NCBI GenBank assembly: GCA_903855705.1
Contig: CAINZT010000103.1
Location: 1,105-65,104, forward strand
Source: an uncultured Synechococcus sp.
GTDB lineage: Bacteria; Cyanobacteriota; Cyanobacteriia; PCC-6307; Cyanobiaceae
Direction: 5' to 3'
DNA length: 64,000 nt
The position numbers were made by a program, and so were the translations under genes. Positions 36,760 to 47,400 of the stretch are shown piece by piece. How positions within the stretch are numbered: position 1 is the stretch's first letter; each line of letters starts with the position of its first letter. Under the pieces are notes generated by a model. The model was not told where the DNA came from. It did not search any database and saw only the letters and a program-made list of their open reading frames with translations.

Positions 36760-37971
36760 ATGGACGGGCTTGCTGACAAGCTGCCAGCCCCAAGCGAGCG
36801 TCTTGCCTTGAAGTCGTCCCTGGCCGCCGAGCTGGGTCTGCCCCCGTTTCGGCCACGCTGGCCCTGGTGGGGCGCCGACCTCCAAACCCTGCGGGACACG
36901 CTGCGGATGTCGCCCTTTGGGCCCGATAAGGGCCAGCCCGTCCTGACGGATCTGGGGCCAGGGGAGCGGTTGCTGTCGTTCCTTGATGGGCCCCTTGATG
37001 GGCCAATCAATCAGCCCCTGCCCCATCCCCTCACGGCGAGGGGCGATCTGGGCCAAGCCCGGGGCCTGGTGCTCGTGCTCCACGGTCTGGGCGGTTCGAG
37101 CCAGGCCCCGGGCGTGCGGCGCCTGGGCCAGCTCCTGCAGCAAAATGGCTTTGGCGTGCTGCGTCCCAACCTGCGCGGCGCCGGCCTGGGCCGCCCCCTG
37201 GCCCAGGGCTCCTACGCGGCCCAGTGCAATCGCGACCTGCTGCCGTTGCTCGCCCAGGCGCGCCAGCTGGCCGAGGGGCGTCCCCTGCTGGCGGTGGGCC
37301 TTTCCCTGGGGGGAACGGTGTTGCTGAATGGCTGCCTGGCCCAAACTTCGCTGGGCTCGCCGGCCCCAAGCCCCCCGGGCCTGCCCTGCCTCGATGGCCT
37401 GGCCTGCGTCAGCAGCCCCTTGGATCTGGCCGCCTGTTCGGCCCAGATCGACCAGCCCCGCAACCGGATCTACCAACGCTGGCTGCTGCAGCGGCTCGAT
37501 CAGCAGGTGCGAGGCGATGCCCGGGCCGATCGCCCGGATGGCTTGTCAGCGGGCCCAGGCGGGCCGGCGCCATCGATCCGCAGCTTCGATGCCCAGATCA
37601 CGGCTCCCCGCTGGGGCTACCCCTCGGTGGACGCTTACTACGCCGAGGCCAGTCCCCTGGCACCGCTGCTCCAGGGCGCCCAGGGCCAGGGGCTAGGCCT
37701 GCCGCCGACCCTCTGGCTTCATGCCAGCGATGACCCCTGGGTGCCCGCGAACGGCACTGAAGCTCTGGCTGAAGCTCTGGCTGGGGCTCTGGCTGGGGCC
37801 CTAGCCGGATCCTGGGACGCCCAAGCTCCTCGGCGAGGGCCTTGGGAGGTGCTGATCACCCCTGGCGGCGGCCACAACGGCTTCCATGGCCAAGGGGATC
37901 CGAGCACCGCCAGCTGGAGCGATCGACTGGTGTTGGCGTGGCTGCTGCGGCTAGTGGGATCAGCCGGCTGA
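36760..37971 (+). CDS. alpha/beta-fold hydrolase (YheT-like)
   Basis: LVLVLHGLGGSS...LRGAG and the nucleophile-elbow-like AVGLSLGG, with a late HASDDPWVP and GGGHNGF. The track start at 36682 overlaps the pntB terminator, so ATG 36760 is used. Confidence 0.75.
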   Translation: MDGLADKLPAPSERLALKSSLAAELGLPPFRPRWPWWGADLQTLRDTLRMSPFGPDKGQPVLTDLGPGERLLSFLDGPLDGPINQPLPHPLTARGDLGQARGLVLVLHGLGGSSQAPGVRRLGQLLQQNGFGVLRPNLRGAGLGRPLAQGSYAAQCNRDLLPLLAQARQLAEGRPLLAVGLSLGGTVLLNGCLAQTSLGSPAPSPPGLPCLDGLACVSSPLDLAACSAQIDQPRNRIYQRWLLQRLDQQVRGDARADRPDGLSAGPGGPAPSIRSFDAQITAPRWGYPSVDAYYAEASPLAPLLQGAQGQGLGLPPTLWLHASDDPWVPANGTEALAEALAGALAGALAGSWDAQAPRRGPWEVLITPGGGHNGFHGQGDPSTASWSDRLVLAWLLRLVGSAG

Positions 37972-37993
37972 CTCAGCTGCTGACCCTGAATGG

Positions 37994-38365
37994 CTAAGGC
38001 GATCCCGCTTGGGCCTCAAGGGGCAAGGACCGCTCCTGGAACGGCCATCGCTGCAGAATCCAGGCCTCGATTGGCTGGCCGCCGACCACATGCTCCGCAA
38101 CGATCCGCTCGATCCGCTCTGGCGTGACCCCGCCGTAGACGATGCCTTCGGGCCAGATCAACAGGATCGGGCCATCCCGACAGATGCGCAGGCAGTCGGC
38201 TTTGGTGCGCAGCACGATGCCCCCGGGGCGGCCAGGGATCTCGAGGCCCAGCTCGCGCACTAGGGCCTTGAGCCGCTCCCAGCTGGCTTGGCCCACGGCT
38301 GGATCCGCCGGGCAGCAAAGGTTCTTGCTGGGGGTAGCGCAGAGAAGCAGGTGGTGGGCGATCAC
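37994..38365 (-). CDS. thioredoxin-like [2Fe-2S] ferredoxin-domain protein
   Basis: Cys pattern LLLCATPSKNLCCP...KADCLRICRDGPILLIWPEGIVY, typical of this family. Confidence 0.6.
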   Translation of the reverse strand: MIAHHLLLCATPSKNLCCPADPAVGQASWERLKALVRELGLEIPGRPGGIVLRTKADCLRICRDGPILLIWPEGIVYGGVTPERIERIVAEHVVGGQPIEAWILQRWPFQERSLPLEAQAGSP

Positions 38366-38427
38366 GGTCGGGGGGGCGATCAGGCGGGTCGATGGGTCCG
38401 ATCAATCCGGCAGGTTCATTGGGCGGT

Positions 38428-39678
38428 TCAACCGGCCGCCGTGACCACCGGGCGAGCGCCCGATCCGGCGGCAGCCTCCCGCACGGCCTGGCGGGCCCAG
38501 GCATCCGTGGCCAGCACATCGGCCAGGGCGGGATCGGCCTTGAGATCGACCCGGTGGCGATCACAGACCCGTTCGATCAGCCTGGGAATGTCCACAAAGG
38601 CGATCTGTTCCTCTAGGAACAGGGCCACGGCCTGTTCATTGGCGGCATTCATGGCCGCCGGCATGGTGCCGCCGGCCCGGCCTGCCGCGTAGGCCAGCTG
38701 CATGCAGGGGTATTTGGCCGGATCGGGCTGGCGGAACGTGAGCTGGCCCACGGCGGTGAGATCGAGGCGGCGCCAGGGGGTCTCCAACCGCTCGGGCCAG
38801 CTGAGGCAGTAGAGGATTGGCAGTTTCATGTCGGGCCAACCCAGCTGGGCTAGCACCGAGGAATCGGCCAGTTCCACCATCGAATGGATGATCGATTGGG
38901 GGTGGATGATGATTTCAATCTGGTCGTAATCGATGCCAAAGAGGTAGTGGGCCTCGATCACTTCGAGGCCCTTGTTCATCAGGCTGGCGCTATCGACCGT
39001 GATCTTGCGGCCCATGCTCCAGTTGGGATGGCTGGTGGCATCGGCCACCGTGGCCTTCACCAAGTCGGCGGCGTCCCAATCGCGGAAGGCGCCACCCGAG
39101 GCGGTGAGCTGGATGCGGCGCAGGCCGGGGGTGGGGATTCCGGTGGAGAGCCGGGCCGTGTCGGCCCAAGGGGTGCCCTGAAGGCACTGGAAGATGGCGG
39201 AGTGCTCGGAATCGGCCGGCAGCAACCGCGAGCCGGAGCGGGCCAGCTCCGGCAGCACCACCGGTCCGGCGGCGATCAAGGTTTCCTTGTTGGCCAGGGC
39301 CAGGTCCTTGCCGGCCCGGATCGCAGCGAGGGTGGGCAGCAGGCCGGCGCAGCCAACGATCCCGGTGACGACCAGATCGGCCGTGGGCCAGGCGGCGGCA
39401 GCGCAGAGGCCTTCGGAGCCGCCCAGCAATTCAGGGAAGGGGGACGGGCGATCTTGGGGATCGAGGGCCAGCAGCCGCTCCCGGAGCGTCGCCACCAGCT
39501 CGCCATCGGCCAAGGCCACCACTTCGGGGAGATGGCGCTGGATTTGCTCAATCAGCAGGTCGAGGTTGCGGCCGGCGGTGAGGGCCACCACGCGGAAGCG
39601 ATCCGGGAAATCCTCGACGATCTCCAGGGTTTGGGTGCCGATCGAGCCCGTGGATCCCAGCACGCTGAGGGCTTTCAC
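38428..39678 (-). CDS. dxr: 1-deoxy-D-xylulose-5-phosphate reductoisomerase
   Basis: [23 protein letters not shown] motif, plus [18 protein letters not shown] and HPNWSMG. GTG 39678 ([14 protein letters not shown]) is proposed. The ORF is open to 39762. Confidence 0.92.
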   Translation of the reverse strand: MKALSVLGSTGSIGTQTLEIVEDFPDRFRVVALTAGRNLDLLIEQIQRHLPEVVALADGELVATLRERLLALDPQDRPSPFPELLGGSEGLCAAAAWPTADLVVTGIVGCAGLLPTLAAIRAGKDLALANKETLIAAGPVVLPELARSGSRLLPADSEHSAIFQCLQGTPWADTARLSTGIPTPGLRRIQLTASGGAFRDWDAADLVKATVADATSHPNWSMGRKITVDSASLMNKGLEVIEAHYLFGIDYDQIEIIIHPQSIIHSMVELADSSVLAQLGWPDMKLPILYCLSWPERLETPWRRLDLTAVGQLTFRQPDPAKYPCMQLAYAAGRAGGTMPAAMNAANEQAVALFLEEQIAFVDIPRLIERVCDRHRVDLKADPALADVLATDAWARQAVREAAAGSGARPVVTAAG

Positions 39679-39836
39679 AGGCGGATCGGCAACGGTGGCG
39701 GCCAGTCTCCCACCGGGCCCGCAGCCGGGGCTCCAGACCGGCCGGCAGCGGACACCCAGCACTTGGCCTGGGATGCCCGATGCCCAGGGAGAGGCTTAAC
39801 TGGGGCAAATTGCCACCCACCGGTTGGGGCTGCCCC

Positions 39837-40079
39837 ATGAGCGCGTTCCTGACCAACCTGCAAGGGCTGCTGCAGCGCTGGAATTTCATCGAGCGGGCCA
39901 AGCTGGAGAGCCAGCTTTGGGAAGCCTTTGAGCGGGGCGAAGCCCTCGAAACCCTGGTGGATCAATGCCCTCCTGGGTTTCAGAAGGAGGTGTGGACCAC
40001 CACCTTGGTGCGCATTCGCAAGATTGAACAACTGATGCAGGGCAAACAAGCCCCAGCAATCCAACCTGATGCGGACTAA
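39837..40079 (+). CDS. hypothetical small protein (80 aa)
   Basis: The ATG 39837 ORF MSAFLTNLQGLLQRWNFIERAKLESQLWEAFERGEALETLV... has protein-like composition. No motif recognised. Confidence 0.4.
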   Translation: MSAFLTNLQGLLQRWNFIERAKLESQLWEAFERGEALETLVDQCPPGFQKEVWTTTLVRIRKIEQLMQGKQAPAIQPDAD

Positions 40080-40150
40080 ATCCTGCCCTGAACGTGAGGG
40101 TTTGAATCCTTGGGTGCTGGCCTGAAGGCTGGGGAAAGGGCTTCCACGGC

Positions 40151-41611
40151 TCAGCCCCGCAGCCAATCGGTCAGGCCTCCTGGCTTATCGATGAGTTCGA
40201 TCCCCTGATCCAGCAGGTTGGCGCGGATTCGATCGGCTTCGCCATAGTTTTTGGCCGCCTTCGCCGCCTGGCGCTCTGCAATCGCTGCGGCGATCTCTGC
40301 CTCGCTGGGCCCGCCAATGGCCGCCCCCCCAGGGCGGGACTCCCCTTCTGGTTTGAGGCCCAGGACGCCGGCCAACTCCAGCACCAGTTGGGACTCTGCG
40401 TGCAAGGCCAACGCCTCAGCGGCGGCATGGGCATCACCCCGCTCGCTGCGATTCGCAAGAGATCGCAGGGGTTTGGCGAGTTCAAACAGCACGGCCAAGG
40501 CCGCGGAGGTGTTGAGGTCATCGTCCATGGCCGCGCTGAAGCGCAGACGCCCTTCCGACAGCAGGTCGCTCGCCTGGGCTTCGGTAGCAGGGCCCCAATC
40601 TCCAGACCCCACCTGGGCAGCCAATTGCAAGGCAGCATTGAGGCCTTTCCAGCCCGTGGCAGCAGCGGCCAAAGCCTCAGTGGTGAAGTCGAGCGGTTTG
40701 CGGTAATGGGCCTGGAGAACGAACAGTCGCAGGGTCATCGCCGAGGTACCGCTCTCAAGCAGGGCACGGATCGTGGTGAAGTTGCCCAAGGATTTGGACA
40801 TCTTTTCGCCGCCCACATTGACCATGCCGTTATGGAGCCACCAGCGGGCCAGTTGCTGACCCGTTGCGGCTTCCGACTGGGCGATCTCATTTTCATGGTG
40901 GGGGAAGATCAGATCGGCGCCGCCCAGGTGAATGTCGATCGTGGTGCCTAGTTCCTGACGCACCATCGCCGAGCATTCGATATGCCAGCCCGGCCGACCC
41001 GGTCCCCAAGGGGAGGGGAAACTGGGCTCACCCGGTTTGGCCCCCTTCCAGAGGGCGAAATCAAAGGGGTGGTGCTTGCGGGCTTCCTCACTACCCGACA
41101 CACGCCCGTCGGCGTTCTGCTGTTGCTCCGAGAGATCCCGGCCCGAGAGTTTGCCGTAGCCGGCGTGTTTCATCACGGCGAAATAAACATCGCCATCGGC
41201 GCCATAGGCCGCTCCTTTGGCTTGGAGTTCGCCAATCAACTCGCGGATCGCATCGAGGCTCTGGGTGGCCCGGGGCATGCGGTCCGCCGGCAGGATGTTG
41301 AGGGCAGCCATGTCCGCCACGAAGGCGTCAATATTGCGTTCACTGACCAGCTCCATCGAACTGCCTTCCTCGGCGGCCCGTTTGAGGATCTTGTCGTCGA
41401 TGTCGGTGTAGTTCTGCACGAACGTGACCTGGTAGCCGCTCCAGAGCAGGTAGCGACGCAGCACGTCCCAGGCGATGTAACTGCGGGCGTGGCCTAGGTG
41501 GCAGAGGTCGTAAACCGTGACCCCACAGCAATACATCGACACCTGGCCGGGCTGTAGCGGCTCAAACGGTTCGGTGCGGCGGGTGAGCGAGTTGGTAAGC
41601 CGCAGGGTCAC
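40151..41611 (-). CDS. cysS: cysteinyl-tRNA synthetase
   Basis: HIGH-type [17 protein letters not shown] and the Zn-binding Cys context. GTG 41611 ([12 protein letters not shown]) is proposed. The ORF is open to 41713. Confidence 0.92.
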   Translation of the reverse strand: MTLRLTNSLTRRTEPFEPLQPGQVSMYCCGVTVYDLCHLGHARSYIAWDVLRRYLLWSGYQVTFVQNYTDIDDKILKRAAEEGSSMELVSERNIDAFVADMAALNILPADRMPRATQSLDAIRELIGELQAKGAAYGADGDVYFAVMKHAGYGKLSGRDLSEQQQNADGRVSGSEEARKHHPFDFALWKGAKPGEPSFPSPWGPGRPGWHIECSAMVRQELGTTIDIHLGGADLIFPHHENEIAQSEAATGQQLARWWLHNGMVNVGGEKMSKSLGNFTTIRALLESGTSAMTLRLFVLQAHYRKPLDFTTEALAAAATGWKGLNAALQLAAQVGSGDWGPATEAQASDLLSEGRLRFSAAMDDDLNTSAALAVLFELAKPLRSLANRSERGDAHAAAEALALHAESQLVLELAGVLGLKPEGESRPGGAAIGGPSEAEIAAAIAERQAAKAAKNYGEADRIRANLLDQGIELIDKPGGLTDWLRG

Positions 41612-41658
41612 TGGCGTCAGATCAAGGGCTAGGACGGCTGGACCGTAAGGCCCATCCC

Positions 41659-43083
41659 ATGGTCGCCCCCCGCGGCACCCCGCCCCTGGCTGGCCCCGCC
41701 AGCGACGCCCCATCCGCGGATCCGGAAGGGAATCCCAGCTGGCAAGCCGAGCGGGCGGGCGCAGCGTTCTGGTGGCTCTGGGGCGGGCAGCTGGTCTCCA
41801 ACCTGGGCACCCAGGTGAGCCTCTATGGGGTGGGGCTGTGGTTGTTTCAGCTCCAGCAGCACCTGCTCGATTTCGCCGCCGTGGCGATTGTTGTTCAGTT
41901 GGCCAAGATCCTGGCGCTGCCGCTCGTCGGCCCCCGCTTGCAGCGCTGGCGACGGCGGCGAGTGATGGTAGTGGCGAATGGCCTTGGTGCCCTAGGCACC
42001 CTGGCGCTAGCGGGTCTGCTGCTGGCGACGGGCCCGGGAGCGAGCCGGCCTGCCCTGGCGGTGCTGCTGCCCTTGCAAGGCTTAGCGGCAGGGGCTGAGG
42101 CCACCTTGGTGCTCTGTTTTGCGAGCCTGATCCCCCTGCTGGTGCCGGCTCGAGCGGCGCGCCACCAGGCCAATGGCCTGTTTGCCAGCAGCGATGGGCT
42201 GGTGTTGATCGCGGCGCCGTTTCTGGGGGCCTGGCTTGTGGGGATCACAGGCCTGCGGGGCGTGCTGGTGCTCGATGGCATGAGTTTTGGCCTGGCCATG
42301 GCCTGCGTGCTCTTAGCCCCCTGGCCCCAGGCAGCCCTGGGGCCGGCCTCGGCGCCAGGGCTGCGTGAAGATCCCTCCCCCGAACCGTCTTGGGCCCAGG
42401 CGCCGATCCGCTTTGGCCGCGATCTGGCCGGCCTGTGGCGCGACGGGGCCCTACGCCGACTGGCCCTCCTCGGTACGGCGATGGCCTTTGTCTATGGCGC
42501 CACCGAAGTGCTGTTCCCCGCCTGGGTGATCACGGCCCTAGGCCATGGGCGCCTCGGCGGTTCCCTGGTGGTGGGGGGCCTGGCCTATGGCCTGGGGCTG
42601 CGCCTCTGGCTGGCCCTACCCCCCAGGGTCTGGGGGCCAACCCTGGCCAATTTGCTGGTGATCCAGAGCCTGGCCTTGATGGGGGCGGGACTGGTGGTAT
42701 TTGAAGGCCTGATCCCCCTCTGGTACGGAGGTCTGGGATGCTTCACCCTGGCCTTGCCGGTGTGTTTGGCGATCGTGCAGAGCCGCTGGCTGCAACTGGT
42801 GCCGGTGGGTGAACTGCCGCGGCTGCTGGCTGTGCGCTATGCCCTGGAATGGCTAGCCCGGCTGGCGGCCTTCAGTAGCAGCGCCCTCGTGGTGGATCGG
42901 CTGCTGCGGCCCGCCCTGGCCTGGCCCCATTGGCCCAGCTGGCTGCCGGATGCCCTGGGCACCGGACCGGGCCGGCCCATGGCCGTGGCCCTGGGGGGCC
43001 TGGGCTGGGTGCTGCTGCTGACCTTGGTCAGCCAAACGATCCGGCCGCCTGATCTGGGATGGCAGGGCCGGGACACCCCTTGA
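41659..43083 (+). CDS. MFS transporter
   Basis: About 12 hydrophobic helices, with an N-terminal [27 protein letters not shown] typical of EntS/macrolide-type MFS. Start uncertain. Confidence 0.7.
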   Translation: MVAPRGTPPLAGPASDAPSADPEGNPSWQAERAGAAFWWLWGGQLVSNLGTQVSLYGVGLWLFQLQQHLLDFAAVAIVVQLAKILALPLVGPRLQRWRRRRVMVVANGLGALGTLALAGLLLATGPGASRPALAVLLPLQGLAAGAEATLVLCFASLIPLLVPARAARHQANGLFASSDGLVLIAAPFLGAWLVGITGLRGVLVLDGMSFGLAMACVLLAPWPQAALGPASAPGLREDPSPEPSWAQAPIRFGRDLAGLWRDGALRRLALLGTAMAFVYGATEVLFPAWVITALGHGRLGGSLVVGGLAYGLGLRLWLALPPRVWGPTLANLLVIQSLALMGAGLVVFEGLIPLWYGGLGCFTLALPVCLAIVQSRWLQLVPVGELPRLLAVRYALEWLARLAAFSSSALVVDRLLRPALAWPHWPSWLPDALGTGPGRPMAVALGGLGWVLLLTLVSQTIRPPDLGWQGRDTP

Positions 43084-43141
43084 TCGGCAGGCTCCCGGTT
43101 AGGCAGGCCTGGGACCTTGCCGCGAATGGGACCATGGCCCG

Positions 43142-44308
43142 ATGCGGGTATTGATCTTCACCTCCAGTGGTGGCACCGCCCACGACGCCGCCGCCGAGGC
43201 CCTACGCGATTGGCTGCGCCAGTGGGATCCCGGCGGCGAGGTGTGGATCGAGCAGGTCCTGGAGAACGCCAGCGGCCCCTATCGGAGCGGGGTGGGCTTC
43301 TACAACTGGATCCAGAAGTACGCCCCCTGGATCCATCAGGCCTACTGGTGCCTGATGGAGTTCGAGGACCTCATCAAACCCGGCACTCTCCTGTTCGGCC
43401 GCCGCTATGTGGGCGATCTGCTGCGCCGATTCAAACCAGATCTGATCATTTCCACCCACCCCCACACCAACCGGGGCCACTTTCCTTTCGCCAAGCGCCT
43501 GCTGGGCCCCCAGCTGCGCTGCCTCACCTGCTGCACCGAACTCGCTGGCGGCTTCGGCTTCAGCCGCAACTGGATCAGCTCCCGCGCCGATGCCATCTGG
43601 GTCCAGACCCCCGAAGTTGCCGAAGAACTCCGGCGGCGGCGCTATCCCGCCGAGCGCATCGCCCTGCTGGGTCCCCTGCTGTATCCCGCTTACCACCGCC
43701 CGGTCCCCGCAATCCAGACGCCTGGAACGGGCCCCGAAGCCATTGCCTCTGCCAGGCCTGGGGCTGACGATCCCGACGCAAACAATGGGCTGCCGCTCTT
43801 GGTATTGGGAGCCGGCGCCAATGGGGCCAATAACCATTGCCGGCTGCTGGAGGCCCTCCGGCCCTTCGCCGGCCGATTGGCAGTGGTGGCCCTGACGGGA
43901 CGGCGCCAGGCGGCTTTTGACCAGGTGCAGGCCTGGGCGGCGGCCCATCCGGACCTGGCGGTGCGGGCCCTCGGCTTCCAAGGACCAGAGCAGATGGCGG
44001 CCCTCTATCGCAGGGCCTGGGCCATGGTGGCCCGGCCAGGAGCTCGCACGGCCACCGAAGCCTTGGTATTGGGCTGCCCGCTTGTCTTCAACAGCTTCGG
44101 CACAACCATGCCCCAGGAATGGCTGGCCCGCCGCTATTTCCGCCGGCGCGGCCTGGAGCGCACGATCCATCGGCCTGGGCAGCTGGCGGCCTTGGTGGGC
44201 GATTGGCTGGATCAGCCCGAGAGCTATAGACGCTGGCAGCGTCTCTGCGAAAAGCAGCTGCTCAAGTCTGATCCAATGGTGGTCTGGCAGTTGATCCGGG
44301 GGAACTGA
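43142..44308 (+). CDS. GT28 glycosyltransferase (MGDG-synthase/UgtP-like)
   Basis: MRVLIFTSSGGTAHDAAAEAL... and PDLIISTHP match the MGDG_synth N-domain pattern. The C-terminal half is a GT-B lobe (ARPGARTATEALVLGCPLVFN). Confidence 0.8.
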   Translation: MRVLIFTSSGGTAHDAAAEALRDWLRQWDPGGEVWIEQVLENASGPYRSGVGFYNWIQKYAPWIHQAYWCLMEFEDLIKPGTLLFGRRYVGDLLRRFKPDLIISTHPHTNRGHFPFAKRLLGPQLRCLTCCTELAGGFGFSRNWISSRADAIWVQTPEVAEELRRRRYPAERIALLGPLLYPAYHRPVPAIQTPGTGPEAIASARPGADDPDANNGLPLLVLGAGANGANNHCRLLEALRPFAGRLAVVALTGRRQAAFDQVQAWAAAHPDLAVRALGFQGPEQMAALYRRAWAMVARPGARTATEALVLGCPLVFNSFGTTMPQEWLARRYFRRRGLERTIHRPGQLAALVGDWLDQPESYRRWQRLCEKQLLKSDPMVVWQLIRGN

Positions 44309-44414
44309 GCTGTTATTCGGTAGGCTCAGCTAGCACCGGAGGCGCCAAAAGCGTGATCCTGCAAGGACTTGCAGTTTCCTCAATCCAGCTGAAGACCGCC
44401 CATCAACCGCCGCG

Positions 44415-47400
44415 TTGCCTCCGCCGATCGTCCCTTCGTTGACCTCCTTGCCGTCAGTCCCAAGCCCCGAACCCATTGCGATTGTGGGGATGGGTTGTCG
44501 GCTTCCTGGTGGCATTGGCTCGCCCGAGGCCTTCTGGGAGTTTCTGCGCGATGGGCGCGATGGGATTACGGACGTTCCCGCCAGCCGTTGGGACCTGGGC
44601 CAGCATTTCGATCCCGATCCGCTCAAGCCCCTCAGCCAGCACGTGAGGCGCGGCGGCTTCATTGAAAATATTGACCAGTTTGACGCGGCCTTCTTCGGCA
44701 TCTCGCCGCGGGAAGCCCTCTGCATGGATCCCCAACAGCGCCTGCTGCTGGAGGTGTCCTGGCGCGCCCTGGAGCACGGCGGCCAACCGTTGGAGCGCCT
44801 GCGCGGCCAGCCGGTGGGGGTGTTCATCGGCATCTCCAGCCTCGATTACAGCTCCCTGCTCTGGGCTTCGAGTGAGCACTACGCCACCCCGGATAACGAG
44901 CCGTTCGTGCTGCCGGGCAATACGGGCTGCATTGCCGCCAATCGGATTTCCTACTTCCTCGATCTGAAGGGCCCCAGCTTCACGGTCGACACCGCCTGCT
45001 CCTCCTCACTAGTGGCCGTGCATCTGGCCTGCGAAAGCCTCTGGCGCGGTGAATCCACGGCGGCCCTAGCCGGAGGGGTGCAGGCCCTGATCCATCCGGG
45101 CATCCAAATGAGCTTCTGCAAGGCGGGGCTGCTGGCGCCCGACGGCCGTTGCAAGAGTTTCGATGCCAGCGCCGATGGCTACGTGCGCTCGGAAGGGGCG
45201 GGGGTGGTGCTGCTCAAACCCCTCTCAGAAGCCCGACGCTGCGGCGATCCGATCGTGGCCCTGATCCAGGGCACGGCTGTCAATTCCGACGGCCGCAGCA
45301 ATGGCATGGCCGCCCCCAACCTCAAGGCCCAAATGGCCTGCGTGCGCCAGGCCTTTGCCCGCTCCGGCCTGGAACCGGCCGCCACCCAATACGTAGAAGC
45401 CCATGGCACGGGCACGCGCCAGGGGGATCCGATCGAACTGCGGGCCCTCGGCACGGTGCTGGGCGAAGGACGCCCAAGCGACCAGCCCTGCCGGGTGGGA
45501 TCGGTCAAAACGAACCTGGGCCACGGCGAAACCGCTGCCGGGATCACCGGGTTGATCAAGGCGGCCCTGTGCATCCAGCACCGCCAGATCCCGGCCAGCC
45601 TGCACTTCCGCACGCCCAATCCGGCGATTGATTTCGCCGGGCTGAAACTCCAGGTGCAAACCGCCCTGGAACCCTTCCCAGCCCCGGACCAGCCGGCGGT
45701 GGTGGGGGTGAGTTCCTTTGGCTTTGGCGGCACCAATGCCCATGCGGTGCTGGCCGAGGCGCCGCCGCCGGAAACCGGGTCTCTAGGCGGTCCGCCCCTT
45801 CCCCTCCAGGTATTGACCCTGTCGGCCCGCACCAGCCCAGCCCTACGGGCCACGGCTCGCCGCTACCTGGACTTGCTGCGCCAACGGCCATCCCTGGCCC
45901 TGGCCGATCTCTGCGCCAGCGCCAACCAACAGCGCACCGCCTTCCAGCAGCGCCTGGTCTGTCTGGCCCAAGATCGCACCGATCTGGAACGCCAGCTTGA
46001 GGCCTTTGCCGAGGGCAAGGCCACGGCGACGGAAAACGCCTTAGCGCCGAAAACCACCACGACGCCTGAAGTCGCCCAATCCCCCCTGGTGGCCGTGGCC
46101 GGGCGCCGGCCGGGGAAGGTCGCCTTTCTGATCAGCGGCCAAGGCTCCCAGGAGCTGGCCATGGCCCGGGAGCTCTATGGCCGCCATCCGGTGTTCCGGG
46201 AGGCCTTCGATCGGGCCGCAGCCTTGGCAGACCCCAGCCTGGAGCTGCCCCTGAAGCGGGTGCTGCTGCCGGACCCTGGAGAAGAGCAGCAGGCGGCCCT
46301 GGCCCTGCAGCAAACCGCCATCGCCCAACCAGCCCATTTTGTGGTCGGCTACGCCCTCAGCCAACTCTGGGCCAGCTGGGGGGTGCAGCCAGACCTGCTG
46401 CTCGGCCATGGCGCCGGCGAAGTGTTGGCAGCCCATCTGGCCGGGGTGTTCGACCTGGCCGATGGGATTCGGCTGATCACGGCCCGGGGCCAACTGATGC
46501 AGGCCCTGCCGGCCGACGGGGGCATGGACCCCATGCTGGCTGCCTTTGGCCAGCTCCTGGCCCAACTGAACTTCTCCAAGCCAACTCGGGCCCTGGTTAG
46601 CAGCATCAGCGGTGAGCTGGCTGGAGCAGAACTCACCCAGCCGACCTATTGGTGTGACCAGCTGCTCATGCCGCTGCGATCCGCCAAGGGGGTGGAGACC
46701 CTCAGAGCCCAGGGGGCCAATCTCTTTGTCGATCTGGGGGCCGGGCCCAGCCTGATGGACCTGGCCCGGCAGACCCTGGCCGGCGATCCCGTCCCAGGCC
46801 AGGCCGCCCTTGCACAGGACTCGCTGTTTCTACCCTCCCTGGTGCCTGGCCCAGCCGATTGGAACGTGATCCTGGGCAGCCTGGCCCAGCTGCATCTGCG
46901 CGGCCTGGCGGTTGATTGGCGCGGTTTCCATGCCCCCTTTGCCCAGCGCCGCGTGGCCCTACCGGGCTACCCCTTCGAGCGCCAGCGCCATTGGTGGCCG
47001 GCCAGCCCAGGACCACTCCCCGGCGCCCACCGCTGGCTCGACCACCTGGGCCTGGCCAGCGTTGATCAGGCCCTAGGCGAGCCAGCGACCACGAGCAACG
47101 CCTCCCTTCCACCTTCCCAGCAACAGTCCCTCGGCCTGATCCCGGGAGGAGCCCCCGGCCCTAGCCAAAAAGCGAGCAGCAACGGATGGGCTGGCGTTCA
47201 AAGCCAGGATTTTGCAAGATCAGCATCAACGCAATTAAGCCCCAATGGATGGGCTCACTCCAGCCCGGTAGCGGCTACTAGCCGCACTCCCCAACGGCTG
47301 GATCTGCCCCCGGGCCGGGTCCATTACCAGGTCACCCTCGACCCCAGCCAGCAGGCCGATCTGGCCGACCACGCCATCCGCGACCAGCCCGTCTTTCCGG

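Noticed and set aside
38884-39840. 318-aa plus-strand ORF antisense to dxr
   Set aside because: It overlaps a motif-verified dxr and has no domain signatures.
43202-44170. 322-aa minus-strand ORF antisense to the GT28 gene
   Set aside because: The sense strand matches the MGDG-synthase pattern from its first residues. The antisense frame is Gly/Ala/Pro-rich.
44340-44414. Small hairpin CTGCAAG-GA-CTTGCAG between the GT28 gene and the PKS, considered as a terminator/attenuator
   Set aside because: The loop is too short (2 nt), the stem is only about 5-6 effective bp, and no T-run follows. This is not enough to call.
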